From NCBI GenBank assembly GCA_963754835.1, contig CAVWHR010000047.1, positions 35,568 through 99,567 of the forward strand: a DNA stretch of 64,000 nucleotides, given 5' to 3'. Below are positions 10,384 through 19,128 of the stretch, one piece after another; the first letter of the stretch is position 1; each line of letters begins with the position of its first letter. The notes under the pieces are model-generated. The model was not told the DNA's origin. It was given only the letters and a program-made list of their open reading frames with translations, and ran no database searches. A program made the translations under genes and the position numbers. This DNA is from an uncultured Chloroflexia bacterium (GTDB lineage Bacteria; Chloroflexota; Anaerolineae; Anaerolineales; Villigracilaceae).

Positions 10384-11337
10384 ATGGATACATCCAAAGG
10401 ATCAATGAATATGACACTCATTAAGGTCGACCCTAGTATCCTGCAAGGTTCCGGCCAGGATATCCAGGGTAACGGGCAAAATATCTCTTCAGCCGGAAGC
10501 AGTGTCTTAGGGGCTGCAACGGGCGCGCCCAGCTACGACGGCCAGTTCGGCCCAAAAGTAGCCGCGATCGGACAGGAAGCCTACTCTCGATTGGGCAATT
10601 CCTCTGATCAGCTTGATAATTTAGGGTCAAGGCTTTCGCTTAAGGGTGCAGAATTTCAAGCGGTCGATATGGAAGGAGAATCTGGTTTTGCAGGTGGGTA
10701 TCCTCTTCAATTGCAAGGTGAAATAGGAGGAGTACTTACAAATGCTGCAAGTGGCCTTAATGCAGCTACTTCTGAAGCAGCGACACGGTTTTTAGATGTA
10801 GGTGGGGTTTTAACTGATGCAGGCCAGATTGCTTGGGAAACGAATTTAGCCGGGCAGTGGATTTCGGTGGCTCCATATCTTAATACCATAGCACAGACTG
10901 CTGGCCAGGAAACTTTGCTCGAAGAAGCAGTAAAAGATACAATAACATCCGAAAGCGAGTCAGTTGCTATACCTTTAGGAGGTCTAGGGAACCTTTTAGA
11001 TTGGGGAAAAGATTATTTTGAGTATCGAGACCAGGGTGCCACAATGGTTGCCTCAGCAATAGGTGTAGACACATCTATATCAGTTGTTGGAGAAGTTGGT
11101 GGAAGTATGATTGGAGGATTAATTGGAGGTGCTATAGGAACCTTTCTGCTCCCCGTCCCTGGTGTTGGCACTGTAGCGGGAGAGGCACTTGGTCAAGAAA
11201 TTGGTGGGGCAGTTGGTCCTATGGCAGCTAAATGGGCGATGGATAATATTCATATTTCTAGTGCGGGCAACGAAAGCTTGCACGATCTGGCAATTAAAGG
11301 CGTTTCAAGTGTTTTAACTGTTACTCCTGTTCAATGA
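10384..11337 (+). CDS. Candidate T7SS toxin: same N-terminal domain + glycine-zipper C-terminal region (membrane-active?)
   Basis: 317 aa. The N-terminus IKVDPSILQG..APSYDGQFGPKVAAIGQEA is paralogous to the gene at 9165. The C-terminus GGSMIGGLIGGAIGTFLLPVPGVGTVAGEALGQEIGGAVG has GxxxG repeats. The start may be an internal Met (10405 or 10411). Confidence 0.55.
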   Translation: MDTSKGSMNMTLIKVDPSILQGSGQDIQGNGQNISSAGSSVLGAATGAPSYDGQFGPKVAAIGQEAYSRLGNSSDQLDNLGSRLSLKGAEFQAVDMEGESGFAGGYPLQLQGEIGGVLTNAASGLNAATSEAATRFLDVGGVLTDAGQIAWETNLAGQWISVAPYLNTIAQTAGQETLLEEAVKDTITSESESVAIPLGGLGNLLDWGKDYFEYRDQGATMVASAIGVDTSISVVGEVGGSMIGGLIGGAIGTFLLPVPGVGTVAGEALGQEIGGAVGPMAAKWAMDNIHISSAGNESLHDLAIKGVSSVLTVTPVQ

Positions 11338-11395
11338 GGCTTGATAACGTTGATAAGTAAACTAAATTCAAACAGACGTTTCGCTATCTCATTCC

Positions 11396-12229
11396 ATGTA
11401 TAAAAAAGGAATAAATATGAGTAGAAACTCAAAAAGCGATTCCAACTTTAATGACTACAAGTTGGGATTTGAGGAATTAGTGATGGCGATCGGTTTGAAT
11501 GGAGAACCCGATATTGCAAAAAAGTCGCTTGTTGCTTTTACAGGAAAATCAAATAACGACGAGGACCGGGGACGTTTACTTGCCGCGAGTCATACTTTGT
11601 TAGCCAAAGAACTTATCACCTTGGATAAGGATACGGGTAAGCTACAACTTCAAGATGATTTAAAGCATATCATTAATATAATTACCAAATATCAATTATC
11701 GCTGCGTTTTAGCTATGGGCCTAAAATGGCAGAAAAAATCTTAGCCTATTATTATCTTGATAAAAAGATTGTTAAGCATGAAATTCTGCCGGAAGCAGTT
11801 CATCGATTATCATGGGTAACTGACCAAAGCCAAATTCTGCAAGATGGAATTCATTTCCTTGGGTTCAATACCTGCAAAGATTTTAAATATCAAGAAGCTG
11901 AAATAAAACAATCTCTCTTAGAAAAGGCTAAAGAAAAAGTAACAACTCAACCTAGCATAGTGCTTGATTACCTCATAAAAGCCGGTGTTTCGAAAAAAAA
12001 CGCTGAACTTTTAAGTGATGATCTTCTCCATCCTGATTATCGTGGAAGTGTTTTACGCGTGGAAAGAAAAGATGGTGGAATAGTATCAGATAGAGGATTT
12101 CTTGTCATGATGCGTAAACCACGGGCCTGGATATTTCCAGTTTATTTTAAGAAGGATGAGCCATATGTACATATCCTTTCTGGCACCGACTCTTCTTTCA
12201 AGAATGAAGTGTTGGCTTTGGTCAAATGA
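11396..12229 (+). CDS. Hypothetical soluble protein, EspG-like pattern (tentative)
   Basis: 277 aa with no TM. The segment DYLIKAGVSKKNAELLSDDLLHP..RGFLVMMRKPRAWIFPVYF resembles, by eye, the C-terminal half of actinobacterial EspG chaperones. Paralogous to the next gene. Confidence 0.35.
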   Translation: MYKKGINMSRNSKSDSNFNDYKLGFEELVMAIGLNGEPDIAKKSLVAFTGKSNNDEDRGRLLAASHTLLAKELITLDKDTGKLQLQDDLKHIINIITKYQLSLRFSYGPKMAEKILAYYYLDKKIVKHEILPEAVHRLSWVTDQSQILQDGIHFLGFNTCKDFKYQEAEIKQSLLEKAKEKVTTQPSIVLDYLIKAGVSKKNAELLSDDLLHPDYRGSVLRVERKDGGIVSDRGFLVMMRKPRAWIFPVYFKKDEPYVHILSGTDSSFKNEVLALVK

Positions 12230-12267
12230 GATAGTAATTTTTTATGATATTCACATAATTTTCAGAC

Positions 12268-13075
12268 ATGAAAAAACAGACGAAAATTGACGAGATAACT
12301 GTGGAACTTTCAAGCGACGAGTTTTGGTTTCTTATACAACAGTTCAGTCCTGCGGTTGTATTAGGGATGCAGAACCCTCATCTAGGTTGGTTAATAGAGG
12401 AAATTGAAAAGGCTGATCGCAGCTCTTTGAGAATACTAGTAGATCGTGGCTTTGTCCGAATTGCCTCGAAAGAATCAAATTGAGCTCGATGACGTGCTTG
12501 CCACCATGATGCGGACGTGCGTCCATCCACAGCATACCGTTATTTCCCAGTTCCAGGATTCAAAGGGCGCAAATAAACAGAGATATATCCATTTCGGCAC
12601 CAATTTGATCGTGGAACATGTCGAATTCAAACGCGGCCAGCATCGCCTGACTGCCCTAAAAGACCGTGAGGTTCTTCTTGCTCATTTGGATGAAGTATTA
12701 AGACTTTCATCTACTGCGTCGAGCCACGGCGGTAAATTCCGCCTGCAGGAGCAGGCTTTATTCGAAGCTCGCTCGCTATGTTCGCAGGGACATGCTCGCA
12801 AGGCCCTCACCAATCTCAAAAAAGCAAAGCTTTCCGAGGAAAAAGCGGGGTTACTTGCCAAAGCCTTGACCAACCCGGTCGCCAACTCTGCATTTGTGAC
12901 CCTTTCCAATCAGGCAAAGCCCCAAATCCAAAATGTGAAAGGTTTTGCCTTGTTGGAAAGCAAAAATGAATTCTGGATCTTGTTACCCTACGATAAAGAC
13001 GGAGATAAGATGGTTGAATTCATTCCCGCCAATTCCAAGCTCGTAAAACAGCGTTTTCTTGAGATTCTCCCATAG
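12268..13075 (+). pseudogene. Paralog of the preceding EspG-like gene; one +1 frame break as assembled
   Basis: Fragments 12268..12483 and 12446..13075. LKKAKLSEEKAGLLAKALTNP..KGFALLESKNEFWILLPY parallels the previous ORF. Confidence 0.35.
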
Positions 13076-13087
13076 AGGCTTATTGCA

Positions 13088-13855
13088 ATGGCAAATAATG
13101 ATGCCACAAAAAACCAGGATGAATTAATAGATACCGGCAGCACACGTCGTTTCCTGACCGTTGAAGCTGAACACCGTCCCGAAAGAGTGGAAATGGAATT
13201 GAAGGGCGACTTGCGCATCGGGGTGTTGTTTCCAATCCTCATCAAGACGCTTGGGTGGCGCATGGTCAGCGAAGAAGCGGACCCGCGCTTTCGATTGATC
13301 GCGATCAAAGATGGCACGGAAATTGAATTAAAAAACTCGGATACGTTGATCAGCGCAGATATCCCCAGCGGGTCCGAACTTAGGATCATGTTCGTCGACA
13401 AAAAAGGAGTAAGCAAGGGATTTGCCCAGAATACGATCCTGGGGCTTGAATCAACGCCGGGACTTGAAAACGGCTTTGGAGTTGGAAATTCCCAGGATCG
13501 ACAAGCAACCATTGCACCGCCTCATTGGGACGAACAGGTAAAGGAGCCTTGCTTCATTGCGTCCTCCGGTAATGTCTTTCCGATCCGAAACCCGCCTCTT
13601 TGGATTGGGCGGCCCGATAAAGGATTTAAACCAGAGATCAATCTTGCCAGGGAAGAAGACCTGGATAATCCAACCGTAAGCCGAAGACATGCCCAGATAT
13701 TTTATGAGGACGATAAGTATGTTCTCAGACCCAAGCCCAGCGTGTGGGGTACATTTGTAAATGGACAGGAGCTTCGCCATAGCCAGGGCCATAATATGAC
13801 AGATGGAGATCGTGTGCGATTCGGTGAGGTGGAGACGATATTTCGATTGCCGTGA
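13088..13855 (+). CDS. YukD/EsaB-like ubiquitin-fold domain fused to an FHA domain
   Basis: The N-terminus LTVEAEHRPERVEMELKGDLRIGVLFPILIKTLGW..RFRLIAIKDGTEIELKNSDTLISADIPSGSELRI fits the YukD beta-grasp pattern. The C-terminus LWIGRPD..NPTVSRRHAQIFYEDDKYVLRP..WGTFVNGQEL..GDRVRFGE is a canonical FHA domain. Confidence 0.65.
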   Translation: MANNDATKNQDELIDTGSTRRFLTVEAEHRPERVEMELKGDLRIGVLFPILIKTLGWRMVSEEADPRFRLIAIKDGTEIELKNSDTLISADIPSGSELRIMFVDKKGVSKGFAQNTILGLESTPGLENGFGVGNSQDRQATIAPPHWDEQVKEPCFIASSGNVFPIRNPPLWIGRPDKGFKPEINLAREEDLDNPTVSRRHAQIFYEDDKYVLRPKPSVWGTFVNGQELRHSQGHNMTDGDRVRFGEVETIFRLP

Positions 13856-13937
13856 AGTTGTTTTTTTTTTCTGAAAAAACGAAAAGATACGTATCACATC
13901 AATTTCTAAATTTTCTTAATCGCAAATTAAACTTATT

Positions 13938-14882
13938 ATGGCTATAAGATTAAAAAGAGGTCAAAAAATTTCGGAATTCACTGTTAAAGGTCTGCTACCC
14001 GAAGGAAGCAGCGGTATGGCAACCGTTGTGAGGGCTATAGGCATTGATGGGGTCGAAGTGGCACTAAAAATCAGTAATTCTGTTAGTGATCGATATTACG
14101 CCGATGCACTCATTGCGGAAACTGAGATACTCCAAAAACTTGACAATCCGGGCGTCGTAAAAATCCTTCCAATTCAAACTGATAATAGTAAGACACGGTT
14201 TATGAAACGAGCGATGGAACTTGATGGAAACCCATGGTTCTTTGCGATGGAATATTTGGAAGGCGGTTCGTTACGGGATTGGTTAAATAGAGTAATCGTG
14301 CTCGCTCCAGGCGAAGCTGCCTTTGTTGCTTTGAAAGTTGCTTGGGCACTGGATTATGTACACTCAAAGGAATATGTTCACAACAACGTCAAGACCGACA
14401 ATATACTCTTTCGGGGTAAATTGGTAAAAGGCTGTGTTTTGGAACCAGTGCTAATTGATTTCGGAATTTTTGCAAAAACAAGGAAAACTCAGCAAGATGC
14501 TGGCTCTCTACAATGGATGTCGCCTGAACGCCTTCAACAGATAAGAGGAGCTTTGGCACCAGAAGTTAACGTGGACGCTACCAAGGTGGATATATATGCG
14601 ATTGGCGTATTATTGTATCGAATGTTAACTACAAAGATGCCTTTTTCAGGTATGACTGAAAGCGGTCATGCCCAACTAATTAGGTTAATACCCCCTAGCC
14701 GCGCATCTACAATTAATTCAAAAGTCCCTTCGGGGCTCGACGAATTGATCATGGCTTGTTTGACTAAACGCCCCGAAGCGCGACCGACTATTCCTCAACT
14801 CATTAAAGAACTCTCGGTATTTAGCGAAGATCAGGTCGTCACTTTGCCGAAGGCTAAAATCCAATTTAGTTGGTTTAAGTAA
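13938..14882 (+). CDS. Hanks-type Ser/Thr kinase-like protein, probable pseudokinase (catalytic loop HNN)
   Basis: 314 aa with VEVALKI (Lys), the catalytic loop YVHNNVKTDN (Asp replaced by Asn), IDFG and WMSPERL. No TM or sensor domain. Confidence 0.8.
   Translation: MAIRLKRGQKISEFTVKGLLPEGSSGMATVVRAIGIDGVEVALKISNSVSDRYYADALIAETEILQKLDNPGVVKILPIQTDNSKTRFMKRAMELDGNPWFFAMEYLEGGSLRDWLNRVIVLAPGEAAFVALKVAWALDYVHSKEYVHNNVKTDNILFRGKLVKGCVLEPVLIDFGIFAKTRKTQQDAGSLQWMSPERLQQIRGALAPEVNVDATKVDIYAIGVLLYRMLTTKMPFSGMTESGHAQLIRLIPPSRASTINSKVPSGLDELIMACLTKRPEARPTIPQLIKELSVFSEDQVVTLPKAKIQFSWFK
14013..14155 (+). repeat. 143-nt block, inverted copy at 18870..19012 (2 mismatches)
   Basis: Hand alignment of this kinase gene against the reverse complement of the kinase gene at 18143..19087: 141/143 identical. 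The flanking coding sequence is much more diverged. Confidence 0.9.
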
Positions 14883-14945
14883 TTCAAATTCTTTCCTAAT
14901 GCATATGTCTCGCGATACATGAAATGTCTGATTTAAATCAATATT

Positions 14946-16415
14946 TCATTTCGATAGATCGCAGCTACCTGGCTGACTTCCACTGCAGATAGTATTCCAC
15001 ATTTTCCAATCCTCATCTGTGATCGACTCATTCGACGTGGGATTGCTGGGTGAAGTCATGTCGATATTGGTCTTACCGGGCGTCGACAGGTTTATAAGAA
15101 CCTCACCTGGTGGTGTATATTGGCAGGCACCCTGCAAACAATAAGCTACTACGGAAGTTCCTTCCTCCGATACACCTAATATCCCTTTTCCACCACTCGA
15201 CAAAATTATCTGAGCATTCTTTTCATTCTGTTGAGCAGGAATTAATATAGCATATTTTCGACTGCCATCTGAACGAACAAGAATTTGCCCTTTCATAAGA
15301 GTAATTTCGGTCAGGTTAATAAATCCTGGATCAGCCGGCGAATTTCCAACAGTCGGTGCGAGGTCCAAGGTAGTGAGAATTGCCTCAGTTTGTTCTGAAA
15401 GATAGATATCTATTCCCGTTATATTCGTAGTATTCGAATTTGATGTATCTGCCCGCCGCTCGAGTTTCAGATTAACTGTGTTACCATTCAAGACGACTAG
15501 AGATATCCCAGGATTAATTGTCGTAAGTTGCTGAATATTAGTTTGAGTTTTAGTCTGTGGGTCAACGCTAGCCGCATTTCCTGAAACAAGAATCGCCAAG
15601 CCAAGATTTTGAGGTCGCGAAGGTTGTTTAGGTTGAAGAGTATATCCGACTGCAATGATTAGCAAAAGAACGACGGCGATTGCAGACACCGCCAAAATGT
15701 TTACAAAAGGTTTTGCGGATCTTCGGCCTAAACCAAGAACTACCACCGTGATATCATCATCTGAATCTAAGCCCTTGGCGATGGAAGTTAGATAACGCGC
15801 TGAACCATGAATGTTGTCATTATTACAAGCAGCTTGAATCTCCCCTTTTACTTTATTATCATAGCTTTCTTTTTCCGGTAAATCGAACAAGCCATCACTG
15901 CAAATAACGATCCTATCCCCTTTCTTAAGTGCCGCTTCCTCTATATGAATATCAAGCGGATCCAGCGAATCGCCTAGACATCTAACACTCCCAAGAGGAT
16001 ATTCAACAAGCGATTCACTTGACAACAATGAAGCGCGGGTTAGTCGGCCTACTTGCCCCATGTGAAGCCGGTTGTTCTTTATAGCAACGACCGTGACACC
16101 TACATAATCATTTCCGTGGTTTTGTTGATAAACAAGTGCATTCGCCGCAAATAAGGAACCTTGTAAAATTTCGTTGAGACTCTTTTCATTTGCCTGTTCA
16201 AATTCAGTAAAGATTGTATCAACTGCCAGTTTTGCTGCCACTTCAGGAGAATTATTTCCCCCACCATCAGCAACGATAGACAAATATACAAGGCCTAATT
16301 GACGGGTCTTAACAGTCTTCGATTCCCAATGATCTTGTTGGGGAGTTTTCTTATCCAAAATACCTTTTTGTTGATCTACGTCTCTTGTTATCAAATTAAT
16401 TAAATTCGTATTCAT
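14946..16415 (-). CDS. Membrane-anchored PP2C phosphatase with extracytoplasmic C-terminal domain
   Basis: 489 aa. PP2C motifs SIVADGGGNN, VICSDGLFD, DDITVVVL. TM segment FVNILAVSAIAVVLLLIIAVGY. An outside domain of about 230 aa carries CLQGACQY and a C-terminal Cys pair. Confidence 0.8.
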   Translation of the reverse strand: MNTNLINLITRDVDQQKGILDKKTPQQDHWESKTVKTRQLGLVYLSIVADGGGNNSPEVAAKLAVDTIFTEFEQANEKSLNEILQGSLFAANALVYQQNHGNDYVGVTVVAIKNNRLHMGQVGRLTRASLLSSESLVEYPLGSVRCLGDSLDPLDIHIEEAALKKGDRIVICSDGLFDLPEKESYDNKVKGEIQAACNNDNIHGSARYLTSIAKGLDSDDDITVVVLGLGRRSAKPFVNILAVSAIAVVLLLIIAVGYTLQPKQPSRPQNLGLAILVSGNAASVDPQTKTQTNIQQLTTINPGISLVVLNGNTVNLKLERRADTSNSNTTNITGIDIYLSEQTEAILTTLDLAPTVGNSPADPGFINLTEITLMKGQILVRSDGSRKYAILIPAQQNEKNAQIILSSGGKGILGVSEEGTSVVAYCLQGACQYTPPGEVLINLSTPGKTNIDMTSPSNPTSNESITDEDWKMWNTICSGSQPGSCDLSK

Positions 16416-16497
16416 AAATATCCGATATCTCCAAGGATTTCATTCGAAGAAATCAAGGAACGTTTAAACTAAAAAGCAACAAGTCTACTATCATGAT

Positions 16498-18107
16498 TTA
16501 CGGCGGACATGGAGTACCGAGGCTCTTGTAATACCTACAAGCTTGAGTCGCAGCAATGTTCGGTGTAGCTGATGGAGTGACAGTAGGAGTAGGTATCAAA
16601 TCAGGGATGAATTGCCAGAGTTCATTTCGAGTGCCTGATCCAGTGGATATCACCTCCGCTCCATTCAAAACTACATGAGAGCCTTGAGGTAGGGACTGAT
16701 TTAAACTGTTTTCGAGATATCCACAAGTACCCTCTAAACAATCAAAATATAATTCGTGTTTCAGAGGATCATACTGAAGTCCCATTATTGAGCCGCTAAT
16801 CCAAGCCTGTGATCCATAAGAAGTCTCCACTATGAAATGCTGATCCTTGTTAAACGTGTTTGGCAATTTAACAAGCAGCATTCCTTGATTAAGTATTATA
16901 TCCAAGGAGTCTTTTGTAAGTATTTCAGTTCCATCGGCAAGATATAACTCAACCTGTCCAGGAAAACCAATAGCTGCATACCCGTTTCCGTTCCCTGAAG
17001 TTGTTAAAGTTTCTCCGCTGTTGAAATCGATTGGAGTATCATCGGATAGTTTGGTGGTGTTATTATCCACCGACCGAGCCTGAAGGGTTGTGTTCCATAC
17101 TTTAGAAATATAGATTTGATTCACAGAAATAGTAGGTAATGGAGGAGCGGGAGGTGAAGGAGGATTCAGGATACGAGGAAGTAGTGTTAATGCTAAAAAA
17201 GCAAAAGCTAAAACAACCGCCCCGATTGGTAGCGCCGAGGGTGGCAATCTCAACGGCTGCTTGCCTCCAGGAATCTCCATCACAATAACTGAGACATTAT
17301 CGTCCACATTTCGATCTAAAGCCTTTTGAATAAGTTGGTCCGGAGCCTCTTTATTAGGGACACTCGTAACAATCTTTACGATTTCTGGCAATTCGACAAA
17401 ATGGCCATCCCCTCCTGGGCGTGACTTGATCAAACCATCAGAACAAAGGATAACTCGGTCCCCAGGTTTAAGTATCATCCCTTGGTTGTGAACTGCGTCA
17501 GCCTCGCTTACATCCGACCCTTGAAAATAAAGCCCCAGATCAACTGCGACAGTCGATTCGTATCCGATGGAGCGCACTAATTCTCCATGCCGGGGATGGC
17601 GAGCTGCTTCTATACTGGTTAGCTTGCGGGATTGGACAACTTCGCGCTCCCAGGTATGATCCACTGTGAGCTGCGAAATCTTGTTATCTCTTACGAGATA
17701 GATTCGACTGTCTCCCACATTCGCCACATATAGATGATTATTAAGAATCGCTGCTACGGTAGCAGTCGAACCCATGTTTTTCTTGTGAGCTTGCTTTTGA
17801 GCTTCATTGAAAACTAGGGAATTAACTTTGTCAATGCCGTCTTAAGCATTTCGGGGATGTTCGTATCAGTGGATTCTTTGCAAAATTGATATATGTTTTC
17901 TGCGGTCAACTCCGCAGCTACTTCTCCCGCATTTTCACCGCCTATACCATCTGCAATAATTCCTAAGCCAATAGACAAACCTCCTTTTGTTAAGATTTGT
18001 TCACATATGAACCGATCTTCAAGGAGACGCTTTAGTTTTTCCCATTTTCCAATGCTTTTATTGCCACTTATCTTAGGAGGAGAAACAAGGGGTAATTGCA
18101 TAATCAT
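16498..18107 (-). pseudogene. Second membrane-anchored PP2C phosphatase; one frame break (near 17830) as assembled
   Basis: Fragment 17814..18107 has GIIADGIGGENAGEVAA. Fragment 16498..17775 has MGSTATVAAI, VANVGDSR, ILCSDGL, DDNVSVIV, the TM segment ALPIGAVVLAFAFLALTLL and an outside domain with DCLEGTCGY. Confidence 0.75.
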
Positions 18108-18142
18108 TGCCTTTCTAATTATGATAAAGGACCTTTTGCAAT

Positions 18143-19087
18143 TTATCCAAATTTTCCAAAGAGTCCCTTACCTTGCGGTACGATCACGACATGTTCTGTA
18201 CTATATTGGCCCAATTCTTTGATAAGCTGACGTGTCGCAGGTCGCGCTTCGGGACGCTTGGCCATACAAGATATTATTAATTCGTCGAGACCAAGTGGAA
18301 CTTTAGAATTTGAAGTCCTTACTTGTTCAGGTATTTTATTAAGGATGGCAGTTGTAACACCTTTTTCAGTGATTCCTGTGAACGGCATCTTTGTAGTTAA
18401 CATCCGATATAACAACACCCCAATAGCATAAATATCTACTTTCGTTGTATCAACTTTTACTTCTGGCGCCAATTCGTTTCTTACCTGCATTAATCGTTCC
18501 GGGGACATCCATTGAAGCGATCCGGCATCCTGTTGTATATGCCTGGTTTTCGCGGCAATTCCGAAGTCAATCAGCACTGGTTCAAAAACGCCGCCTTTCA
18601 CCAATTTATGACGAAAGATTACATTGTCCGCCTTGACATCATTATGTACATAATCTTTTGAGTGAACATACTCTAGGGCTTTTGTAACTTCCCGAGCAAT
18701 GAAACTGGCTTCGCCTGGTGCCAATATGTTAACCTTCTTTAGCCAATCCCTTAATGAACCACCTTCCAAGTATTCCATGATAAAGAACCATGGATGCCCA
18801 TTCAATTCGGTTGCCCTTTCCATATATAGTGTTTTCCCAATATCAGTATGGATTGGCAGTATTTTCACAACGCCCGGATTGTCAAGTTTTTGGAGTATCT
18901 CAGTTTCTGCAATGAGTGCATCGGCGTAATATCGATCACTAACAGAATTACTGATTTTTAGTGCCACTTCAACCCCATCAATGCCTATAGCCCTCACAAC
19001 GGTTGCCATACCGCCGCTTCCTTCAGGCAGCAAGTCTTTGATTATGAATTGCGAAATTCTTTGCCCTTTCTTGATCGCTATGGCCAT
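18143..19087 (-). CDS. Hanks-type Ser/Thr protein kinase (catalytic loop HND intact)
   Basis: 314 aa with VEVALKI, YVHNDVKADN, IDFG and WMSPERL. Paralog of 13938..14882 in inverted orientation. Confidence 0.85.
   Translation of the reverse strand: MAIAIKKGQRISQFIIKDLLPEGSGGMATVVRAIGIDGVEVALKISNSVSDRYYADALIAETEILQKLDNPGVVKILPIHTDIGKTLYMERATELNGHPWFFIMEYLEGGSLRDWLKKVNILAPGEASFIAREVTKALEYVHSKDYVHNDVKADNVIFRHKLVKGGVFEPVLIDFGIAAKTRHIQQDAGSLQWMSPERLMQVRNELAPEVKVDTTKVDIYAIGVLLYRMLTTKMPFTGITEKGVTTAILNKIPEQVRTSNSKVPLGLDELIISCMAKRPEARPATRQLIKELGQYSTEHVVIVPQGKGLFGKFG
18870..19012 (-). repeat. Inverted partner of the 143-nt block at 14013..14155
   Basis: See 14013..14155: 141/143 identical after reverse complementation. 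Confidence 0.9.
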
Positions 19088-19128
19088 ATTATTATCCTCG
19101 GTATAAAAAGTCTATAGCACAAAAGAAC

